64,000 nt of DNA. Source: Octopus vulgaris (lineage: Eukaryota). Below are positions 53,950 to 64,000 of this stretch, piece by piece. The notes below the pieces were generated by a model. That model did not search any database. It worked only from the letters and a program-made list of their open reading frames with translations, and had not been told where the DNA came from. Each line of letters begins with the position of its first letter. The stretch's first letter is position 1. The DNA is taken from positions 48,112,001 through 48,176,000 of the forward strand of contig OX597821.1 in NCBI GenBank assembly GCA_951406725.2, written 5' to 3'. The position numbers and the translations under genes are program-made.

Positions 53950-54330
53950 TGTCCAGAAGTCTCTGTAGAATTGGTTTAATTACCTAGATGATCTAATTAG
54001 CAATGAAGGTGTGTGTTGCAAAAATATAGAAGTAAAAGTAAGAATGGAATGGACAAAGGTCAGGAAACTGATATCTCTGTTGATGGCAGAGAGTTTTTCT
54101 CTCAGAATAAAAACTGGATTGTATGATACTTGAGTAGAAAGTGTTTGACTAAATAGCAGTGAGACTTGAGCCTTGAATGAATGCACATAATTTTGCAGCA
54201 GTTAAATGAAAATGAAATGAATATGCTCCAGTGGATGTGCATGATCAATGGAGTATAAATAACCCAATGGAAAAACTGAATAAAAGAAGAATCTGATGCA
54301 ATTTGCAAGCTAGAAGACTATGCTGAAATG
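53950..54330 (+). mobile_element. Highly decayed RTE fragment
   Basis: Collinear with 51820-52150. Confidence 0.55.
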
Positions 54331-54333
54331 GAT

Positions 54334-54550
54334 ATCATCATCGTTTAACGTCCGTTTTCCGTGCTAGCACGGGTTGGACGGTTCGACTGGGGTCTGGGAA
54401 GCCAGGGGCTGTACCAGGCTCCAGTCTGATCAGGCAGTGTTTCTACAGCTGGATGCCCTTCCTAACGCCAACCACTCCGCAAGTGTAGTGGGTGCTTTTT
54501 ACGTGCCACCTGCACAGGTGCCAGGGGAGTCTGGCATCGGCCACGATCAG
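54334..54550 (-). mobile_element. Young RTE 3'-tail/SINE copy
   Basis: CpG-intact homologue of 20740-20904. Confidence 0.85.
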
Positions 54551-56059
54551 TTGGTGCTAAAGGGATATCAGTTGTATTAAGAAGCGTTAAGCACTTGAAG
54601 TAATTGGAATCTAACCTTATGAAAGAGATGACAAAATACCATGACAAATGGTTACATCACAAAAAGAGGCAAAAAGATGCGAAAATGATACTTGTGTTGG
54701 TGATTGGGATGTAGATAATACATACATTTGGATATCTGTCCCGTTGCTGTCATCGTCATCGTCGTCGTCCATCGCATGTTAGTATGGGATGGATGATCTG
54801 AGAAGAGCTGGCAAGGCCAGGAGCTGCATCAGGCCCTATTGTCTGTTTTGGTATGCTTTGTACAGCTGGATGCCCTTCCTCATGCCAACCACTTTACAGA
54901 GTGTATGGGGCACTTTTTATGTAGTATTAGCACTGACAAAAAACCCTCAACTGAGAGTGGGGAGTATTATTGAGGGGGTGTGAATCTTTGCCACTTGAGA
55001 GACTAAAGTTACAGAGGGGCAGAGATAGTCTTGCTGTAGAATAGATACATGGGTACTTCAGCTGGAAAAGAAAGGAGGGTGAGTTAGTGAGTAAGATAAA
55101 AGGAATGGCAGTGAGAGAGATGATAGTGAAGATATAGCAGGATATACCCTCGAGTGACATTGGGGATGGTGAAAATAGGTGAGATGATACAGATGTTTGG
55201 ATTGGGTGAGTGGATGGGGGGGCTGAGGTGGCTGTGGCAAATGGTGGTGAGAAATATAGGAGAGGCTCATGGACAGGGTTGCAGTAGATATGTGAGTGCA
55301 TTGAGGGTTAATTACAGGTAAGTGAGGTGCTAAAGATGGAGAAGGCACAAAAGGAGATAATTGACAGAGGCAGAAGGTGGGGCAAGACAATGGGGAATGG
55401 AAATGGTTTGGGGTGGGGGTGGGAGGAAGAGAGATAACTGAGAAAGCTGGGGGATGTAGTGCTAGCGTATTTTATTCTCAGATGACAGAGAAGTGATGGG
55501 TGTTAGGAAATGAAATGTGTGTGTGTGTGGGGGGGGGGTTGACAGGGCAGAGAGGACGGAGGTGGAAGCTGAGCAAAGCCCCTCACAGACAACTATTACC
55601 AAGGTGATTTTAGGATATCATATTAGCTTCATTCTTCTCTAGTCTCTGCATGTCTTCTGCATTCAGCACCCACACCACACTATCACATAGCATTGTGTTC
55701 ATATATATGCATCATACAATCTTCTTTTCACTCAGAGAGAGAGAGAGAGAGAAAGAGAGAAAGAAAGAGACATTTGGTAGCCAACAAAGTTAAAATCTCT
55801 TTGAACTTTCTCTATCTTATTCTTATTCTAGCAATTACACTTTTTGTACATCCATCTCCACTGCTAATTGTGTCACCTAGGTAGCAGAAATTATCCACTT
55901 CCTCTAGAGAGCTTCTGGAGCATTTGAGACAACCAATTTCCAATCTATCCGTAGACTTTATGGCTCCTGTACATCTTCAACAAACAAATTCATGCTTTCT
56001 CTGCTATTATTCCACTGCACCTATTATGTGTCTATAGCTTTCACTTTTCCTATATATTT

Positions 56060-57650
56060 ATCAAGCCATTTACCTTAAGAGGGTAGGGGCTCGTTTGTTT
56101 TCTTGATTACTAGGACCTTGATCTTTGCAAAGGCCTTTCAAATCCAGCTTTTACTTGCATACCTGAAACTTTTTTCTAGTTCTTATGAGTGCAAAATCAT
56201 CAGCATATAGCAGTTGCCATGGGCAGCTAGTCTTAAATTCCTGTTATGGCCTGGAGGATGATGATGAATAGGAGTGGGGGCTGAAGACAGAGCCTTGGTG
56301 AACAATTACCGATACATTAAATTTATCACTGTACTCATGGCTAACTATTATCTTGCTAACAACACCCCTGTACATGACCAATAGTGCTTTCATGAGCCAT
56401 TTGTATATCCCTTACTTCTTCAGAGACCACTACATCACAGAGCAAAGTGCTCTGTGAATGCTATCTCCAGATAAGCAAATGCCAAATACAATGGCAACTT
56501 TTCTTCCAGTTGCCTGACTATGAAAATAGCATCAGTAGCACTTCTTCCCAATACAAAGCCAAACTGCATTTCACCTAGTCTAATTCTGTTCCTAATTAAT
56601 TGAGCTATAACTCTCTTTGTAACTTTCATCATATGGTTCAGCAATTTGATACCTCTATAATTATTTCTATCTTACCCTTGTAGCAGCTCACTATTATGCT
56701 GCTACATCAGTCAATGGGAATTATGCCTTCCTGATTGAATAAACTGATTAACTATATCGGTGACAAGACTGTATCGTACTCTACCTGCTTTTATAAGCAT
56801 CTCAGCAGTGACTTCTGATGGACCAGGGGCTTATCCTGCCTTCATATCTTTATTTCCCTTGTCTGTTATATTGCTGTTGACTAGAATAACTGGCCCTTTT
56901 GTTGAGTTCACACAAGGGAGATTCCTTTCTCCCATTTACTCTCCACATCTAATAGCCTTTCATAATAGCTCTTCGTTGCCTCTTTCTTTTCAGAATCACT
57001 AAGTGCAAGCATACCGTTATCCATATGTACACAATTCTCTCCCAAAGCAATCCAGATCACCACAAGTCTCTGATTTTCATGTTGGCAAACCTCTTTTTTT
57101 CTGCTTCTATCCTAGCTAGATAAACCTGACACCTAGCTTCCCTTTTAGCTACCTGATATGACTTTTGCTATCCTACTTTTCCACTACCATATCATTTTTG
57201 ACCTGGCAAATACCTTACTACAGCCACAGATGTGGTCAGTCACTACCCTCAGCAGATTATCTTGTAAGCACTTCCAGTGTCTTCTATGTCATATGTCTCT
57301 CTCTTTCTCCTTCTCATCAAATGCTTCATTAAGAGTATCTCTAAATGACTGCCCATTTGAGAGATCCTTCAGCTTCTTTTTCTATACTGGTCTGTGTCTC
57401 TTGGTCCTTCTAGCTGCAATTCGCTAAGCACTAACCTATGTAGAGTTGTACATTCTTCACCTGGGAAGGACTTTGTATTCACAAGCATCCACCTGTCCTT
57501 GTTTCTGGTGAGAACGTAATCAGTCCGGCCAGTGGGCCAACCAGATTGATCAATTGGCTGGCAAATTTCCTGAAGTGGATTTTTTCAAACCAATAAGTCA
57601 TTTGCATCACAAAACTCCAGCAACTTTGTTCCCTCCTCATATCTAGAACC
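56060..57650 (-). mobile_element. RTE LINE, APE endonuclease end plus RT core (decayed)
   Basis: DYVLTR..GEEC..HRLV; MQFGF..RSATDAIFIVRQL; VHQGSV; LLYADD. Confidence 0.85.
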
Positions 57651-57878
57651 ACTTTAAATCTCCATCTACAGTTCTTACCTCTTCTTCATTCTTTCATTCA
57701 TAATTCACACTCTTTCAAATCTCTGTAACATGCTGCCTGTTCATAGTTAGTCCCCTCTTACCACCATCCTTTCTTACTCTATCTCTCTTCATGTTGCATA
57801 TGTAACAAAAAAAAAAATGACATTGGACCTATTTTGTAGTCAGTTTCTCCACAACCACTTTTTTTATTGCTAGCCATC

Positions 57879-57942
<64 letters not shown>

Positions 57943-58048
57943 ATTTCTTCTATGTAAAAAAATAAGAATATATATTTAAACATACATGCATATAAAAGTT
58001 TAGTGCATTTTCAACCCATTTGTATTATTTTTATTCATATAATGTAAT

Positions 58049-58099
58049 TTGTATGTATGTATGTATGTATGTATGTATGTATGTATGTATGTATGCATG

Positions 58100-58131
<32 letters not shown>

Positions 58132-58275
58132 CATGCATGCATGCATGTATGTATGTATGTATGTATGTATGCATGTATGCATGCATGCATGTATGTATGT
58201 ATGTATGTATGCATGCATGTATGTATGTATGTATGTATGTATGTATGTATGTATGTATGTGTGTATGTATGTACA
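58049..58275. repeat. (TATG)n/(CATG)n tetranucleotide satellite
   Basis: Direct reading. Confidence 0.95.
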
Positions 58276-58530
58276 TAACACAGTATGTAAAGAGTGAAAA
58301 ACTGAGATACATGCATGTTTTGCTACTGAATCTGATCCGTAACTCTTAATATTACATAAAATAGATGAATTTGGTTTTCTAAGGATATCATAAAAATGTA
58401 AGCAGCAAAATGCATCTTCTCTTTAAATTGTGCACTAAATTCAATATACTTTCATTAAATTTTGCACATGCTTTTACAAAATGTGCTTGCACATTCATGT
58501 GTGTATGTATGTATGTATGTGTGTGTGTGT

Positions 58531-58582
<52 letters not shown>

Positions 58583-59284
58583 ATGTAAGAGTTTGTTGTT
58601 ATATACAGTATTTTGTCAACGTGGCTGGCCGCCGACATATTTTTCTGCAAAATATGAATAGCTTATCCTGTTCATGCTATATTATTAGCATTACTCTGCA
58701 TTTGAGAATAAAATTATTTTCTTATCTGTATCTCTATATCTAAGTTTTGTATGTATGTATGTGTGTATTTCTAAAATTTTTTTTTTTTTTGTTCCCATGT
58801 GTAATTTTCTTGTTGACTATATTCCAGCAATGGAGGAAACTTACATTTCCATGTTCCAACACTTTGCGACTTCTGTGGCCTAGAAACTTACTGGAAACCA
58901 GTGTATAATATTATGTCGGTTGAAAGATTTTATTGTGATAATTCACTAAAATTGGTGTAGATGTCAAACACCGTTATATTTTCATTGTCATTTAATGTCC
59001 ATATTCCATGCTGACATGAGCTTGGTGAACTTTTGTTTATGTGTGTGTCTGTGTGTACATACATGTAAGTATATGTATGTATAGATATATATATATGTGT
59101 GTCTGAACGTGTGTGTATGTGTGTGTATATATATCATCATCATCGTTTAACATCCGCTTTCCATGCTAGCATGGGTTGGACATATATATATATATATACA
59201 TTCATACACACACATATATATACATATATACATATTATATATATGTGTGTGTATGAATGTATATATATATATATATACACACAC

Positions 59285-59343
<59 letters not shown>

Positions 59344-59361
59344 CAGGTGCAGGAGTGGTTG

Positions 59362-59587
59362 TGTTTTATTTATATTCTTTATAATATTAATGTAGAATAT
59401 AGAATATGTATATAGTATAAATAATATATGTATAGTAAAATTAAATGAAGTATTGATTGTTTTATATTCAACATTTCATCTATTCAATAAGACAATCAAT
59501 ACTTCATTTCATTTTACTATATATATATTATTTATACTATATATTGTATATTCTACTTAAAATATTATAAAGAATATAAATAAAACA
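59362..59587. repeat. AT-rich inverted repeat (~100-bp arms)
   Basis: tgttttatttatattctttataatatt...aatgaagtattgattgt pairs with acaatcaatacttcatt...aatattataaagaatataaataaaaca. Confidence 0.85.
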
Positions 59588-59651
59588 TAAAAAACAGAGT
59601 TGGAATTTCTTTGAATAATATATATCCTTCTATACACAATCATACAAACCC

Positions 59652-59700
<49 letters not shown>

Positions 59701-59721
59701 ATATGTGTGTGTGTTTGTATG

Positions 59722-59778
<57 letters not shown>

Positions 59779-60179
59779 CCATAAGGATAAGCATATTAAA
59801 AGAAGTCCTTGGGAAATTCATTTAAATAAAAGGGTTGAGAACCAGTGAGCTAGGATATAAAATACTGAGTGATGTGAGGTTGAAATAAAATAAAATCAAG
59901 TTGAGTTGTTGAAATTAACCTCATTACATGAGTTTTAAAATTTAAACCATTAAATGGGTTATGGATTAAAATTTGAACTAAAGTTTGAACTAAAATTGAA
60001 CTAAAATCTCTAAATTTAGCACTAAAGCAAACTAAAGTTTAAAAGAATTAAAATAATTTTATGAAATAATAGGGGATACTAAAACAATAATGATGCTGAT
60101 GACATCAACATCCACAGCACCAATAACAATATTAATAAAATAACAATAATGCACACATACCCACACGCATATCTGATTG

Positions 60180-60341
60180 AGTCTGACTTATACAGAATAG
60201 AAATGATATCAAGGGGGTTGAATAAGTGCTTTTATGTTCAACAAGTACCACCAAGCTCCCATAAACGGCTGTTGGACAAGTAAAACACTTACTCAACCCC
60301 CTTAATTCCTGATATCATTTCCATTCTGTATAAATTGGACT
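60180..60341. mobile_element. Small fold-back/MITE-like element
   Basis: ttatacagaat.gaaatgatatca..agggggttga.taagtg is mirrored at the other end. Confidence 0.7.
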
Positions 60342-60485
60342 TTTTTTATATGTATATTTTTGGCATTAAATGTATTTAATATTTTTCGTATATCAACTTG
60401 CACAACTTCTTCACTCCTCTACCTGCTGAAGTGTATTGTATACAGAGAATACCTGTCTCTAATCTCTAAACTATGTATGTATGTG

Positions 60486-60517
<32 letters not shown>

Positions 60518-60560
60518 CTAGAAGAGATACCCAGCATTGCTCGGGATTAAAATGGCATAG
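60518..60560 (-). mobile_element. Isolated Helitron 3' terminus
   Basis: ctag..cccagcattgctcgggattaaaatgg matches 23853-23895. Confidence 0.75.
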
Positions 60561-60564
60561 ACTT

Positions 60565-60873
60565 TTATTGTTTTACTTGTTTCAGTACTGTGACTGTAGC
60601 CATGCTGGAGCACCACCTTTAGTTGAAGAAATCGACCCCAGGATTTATTCTTTGTAAGCCTAGTACTTATTCTATCAGTGTTGTTTGCCAAACAGCTAAA
60701 TTACGGGGATGTAAACACAGCAACATTGTTTGTCAAGCGATGGTGGAGGTACAAATACAGACATACACACTCACACACACACACACACTCACACAAATAC
60801 ACACATATATATGACAGTCTTCTTTCAGTTTCCATGTACAAAATCCACTCACAGGCTTTGGTGGGCCTAAGGC
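60565..60873 (-). mobile_element. SINE, same family as 34185-34393
   Basis: Reverse-complement homology. Confidence 0.75.
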
Positions 60874-60874
60874 C

Positions 60875-61204
60875 AGGATACACTGGCCCACAGGGGATTA
60901 CAATCCCAATCCCTAAATCACATTACCAAGATGGTGGCAAAGTGCAGATGGCCGGATCCTGAAAAACCTTCAGAATCAGAGAGAAGGAAGCTATGATTAT
61001 CCTCTGGAGAACATTTTCTCCTTAGCCGCCTAGACTACTGCTCCCAGCTATGGTCACCACATAGTGTAAAATTAACAGTGGATCTTGAAGTAATCCAGTG
61101 AAGCATCACTAAGAAGATCATCTTGTTGCAACAGCTCAGCTACTGGGAAATGCTGAAACAGCTAAGACTATACTCCCTGGAGTGAAGGCGGAAGAGATAT
61201 GCAG
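60875..61204 (+). mobile_element. CR1/L2-group LINE fragment interrupted at 61204
   Basis: SRLDYCSQLWSP and LSYWEMLKQLRLYSLE*RRKRY. Confidence 0.7.
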
Positions 61205-61351
61205 TGCGCAAGCGTATATCTCTATGTGTGTCTATGTTTAGTTAGTGTGTGTGTGGGGGGAAGTGCCTGTAATATTTGTATCTCCTGTTTATATACGTTC
61301 GTGTAATTTTTTTTTTGTTTATTTTTATTTTGTTCATGTGCTTACACCTAC

Positions 61352-61412
<61 letters not shown>

Positions 61413-61573
61413 CATCATCATCATCATCATCATTATTATTATTACTATTATTATTATTATTATTATTATTATTATCATCATCATCATCATTATTATCATT
61501 ATTATTATCATCATCATCATCATTATTATTATTACTATTATTATTATTATTATTATTATTATCATCATCATCA

Positions 61574-61652
<79 letters not shown>

Positions 61653-61783
61653 GTATGTATAATAATTAAAAAAATGGAAGTAAATAACAATATACATTTT
61701 ATTATTATTATTATTATACATACATACATATATACATACATAATATAATAATGATAATAATAATGATGATAATAATAATAATA

Positions 61784-61817
<34 letters not shown>

Positions 61818-61962
61818 GTAGGTGTAAACACATGAACAAAATAAAAATAAGCAAAAAAAATTACACGAACGTATATAAACAGGAGATACAAATATTACAG
61901 GCACTCCCCCCCACACACACACTAACTAAACATAGACATACATAGAGGTATATGCATGCGCA
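61205..61962. repeat. Inverted repeat: ~150-bp unique arms plus (ATT)n/(AAT)n
   Basis: 61205-61355 is the reverse complement of ~61815-61962; microsatellite polarity flips at the centre. Confidence 0.92.
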
Positions 61963-62051
61963 AATAAAGACACATACAAAAGAAATACAAAATACAAAAT
62001 GGCTGACCGTTAGTAAGGAGAGACATACAAATAAGAAAGAAGAAAGCAAAG

Positions 62052-62100
62052 GACCACTGATGAGGTCACAGGAGTGTAATGAAAGAACTCTGGCCGAAAT
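62052..62100 (+). ncRNA. Partial hammerhead motif (core + stem II + GAAA) within a direct repeat
   Basis: CTGATGA-ggtca(...gagt..actc)tggcc-GAAA; no stem I partner seen downstream. Confidence 0.45.
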
Positions 62101-62835
62101 AAGATTAAGATTAATGTAAAAAATAAATAACGCTGAAGCAAAGTAACACCAAATATATAGTGCGTGTGCTTTTATTGGCTAAACTGGCAAAATGACCATT
62201 CCTAAATACAACAATATCTGTTTCAACACACGATTTCACATCAAAAATCATGCAAAACAAATATATAAGCGTAAAAATTAAACATACTTCTATCTCTAAA
62301 AAGAATCAATTTTCTGTAAAATTAAAAATATTACTTTCTGAAAATATTAACCAACATATGCCCTTAGCAAAAGAGCATAAGTAACATAAGACATAAAAAG
62401 TAACAGTTAGCTTCCTTCCCTTCAAAAAGGCACAGGCAACATGGCTATATAAATTTAACCCCACATGTGAGCTACAGAGGCATTGGAGAACATACTTTAA
62501 ACTTTGAAATCTAATGATTTCAAAACTGGTTTATGAAATGTTATGTTATTTCCCCTGTACAAAATGTCTTTGCTTAAAATATACATTAACATTTATTCAG
62601 TTGAATATGTTTTATGTAATGTTTTTATTCAAAAATTTGTCTGTAAAATATGATTCTCTTTCCCTGCACAAAACTCACCTTGTGAAAACACATTAATATT
62701 TTTACTGTAAAACTTTTACATGAAAATATTTGTTATGCGCAAACATCATTTTGTATCTATATCTTCATATATGTAGATATATAACAGAAATATTAACCTT
62801 CTAGGTTTAAAAATAAAAACTTGTTTTATTTAATA

Positions 62836-63348
62836 CTAGCAGTATCGCCCGGCGTTGCTCGGGTTTGTAAGGGAAAGAACTATATAAGCATTTTTAGAGA
62901 GTTACTTCCCTTATAGATGCCAATTCGGGCTTTCTTAGCCATTTCTGTTTTGGTGTCTTCAAGCCATGAAGTCGTTGTTCTAAAAGAACGCTGGTCTCCT
63001 TGACAACGCTTTATGACGTTGATTTCCTTACACTCCCTTCCCCACAGCTTCACGAGGGAGGGAAGAAGGGGTAGAAGCAAACAGGTGCAGGTGTGACCAT
63101 GGACGCCAACTCCACCGCCATCGACACACGAAAAATTATGCATTAAAATGGAATAAAAAATTATGTTAAATTATTTTTAAAATCGTAGACTCATTGTAGA
63201 CGCGTGCAAATACTCAGACGGGCTCGATATGAATCACGACTATAAGATACCCGAATTTGGTTGAACTGCACCGCAAAATGTGGGAGTAGTTAGGAATCTA
63301 AACCGAAGGGGACAGACACTCACACAACTACAGTTTTATATATATAGA
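62836..63348 (-). mobile_element. Complete non-autonomous Helitron (513 bp)
   Basis: 5' TC, 3' hairpin cccgagcaacgccggg + CTAG, inserted between A and T. Confidence 0.9.
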
Positions 63349-63905
63349 TGTGTGCGTGTATGTATATACGTATATGCATGTGTATACACATACACACACA
63401 CACACACACATACATATATAATGTACACTGTATTAAGATAAAAGCTTCTAATAGATTCTTACCATTGAGACATGGTTTGGCAGATTTTAGTTAGGCAATC
63501 TTCAGATTCTGGACACACAGTTTATTTTATATGAAAATCATGATGCTGGTACATGAGAAACCATGAGAAAAGAAAAATTGAGAGGAAGCTTGATGCAAAA
63601 ATGAAATGAGAAGACAAAGGGCGAACAAAAACAAAAAAAAAGTAAGAAAGAGGAAAAATTAGTATTACATCCATTTGACTGTAAAAATCATAATTAAACA
63701 AACTGGTGTAGAATAATTCAATGGAGAGGAGTGCAAAGTTTGCAAGACAGCTGCTCGATCTAGAGAGGGTGTTGTCCTCCAGTTTAACAAATGAAATTTG
63801 TCTGTATGCTTGCATTTGCTAAAAATTTCAGTAGTGTGGTGGAATTCTTGGATCTAAAAAGAATGGGCAATCTTTTAGCTACACATAAGTTGCATCTCTT
63901 AGAAC

Positions 63906-64000
63906 CATACAAAAGAAATACAAAATACAAAATGGCTGACCATTAGTAAGGAGAGACATACAAATAAGAAAGAAGAAAGCAAAGGACCACTGATGAGGTC
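63906..64000 (+). repeat. Direct repeat of 61973-62067, running off the window edge
   Basis: 95 bp with one mismatch, ending in ctgatgaggtc. Confidence 0.95.

Noticed and set aside
58000-61945. Numerous MYVC/YIHT/poly-Ile/poly-Tyr ORFs
   Set aside because: Translations of simple repeats

Overview
AT-rich, microsatellite-dense animal genomic DNA. The SINE/RTE/R4/Penelope repertoire suggests a coleoid cephalopod such as Octopus, but that is inference. No intact host protein-coding gene is recognisable; the window looks intronic or intergenic, with one candidate 54-nt minus-strand exon. Nearly all coding-like signal comes from decayed transposons: two (AAT)n-associated R4/Dong-like RLE retrotransposons, L1/Tx1, CR1 and RTE fragments (one RTE has a PHD-like finger inside its RT), Penelope-like elements (PLEs), a near-full-length decayed Helitron plus non-autonomous relatives, several Tc1/mariner families, MITEs and tRNA-derived SINEs. 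The most notable non-coding signal is a set of minimal type-I hammerhead-ribozyme-like motifs, several in the arms of long palindromes and one with a compensatory U3:A8 core. This points to a PLE-associated, retrozyme-like family of fold-back elements. Coordinates were read by eye and element edges are approximate unless a TSD or terminal motif is quoted.
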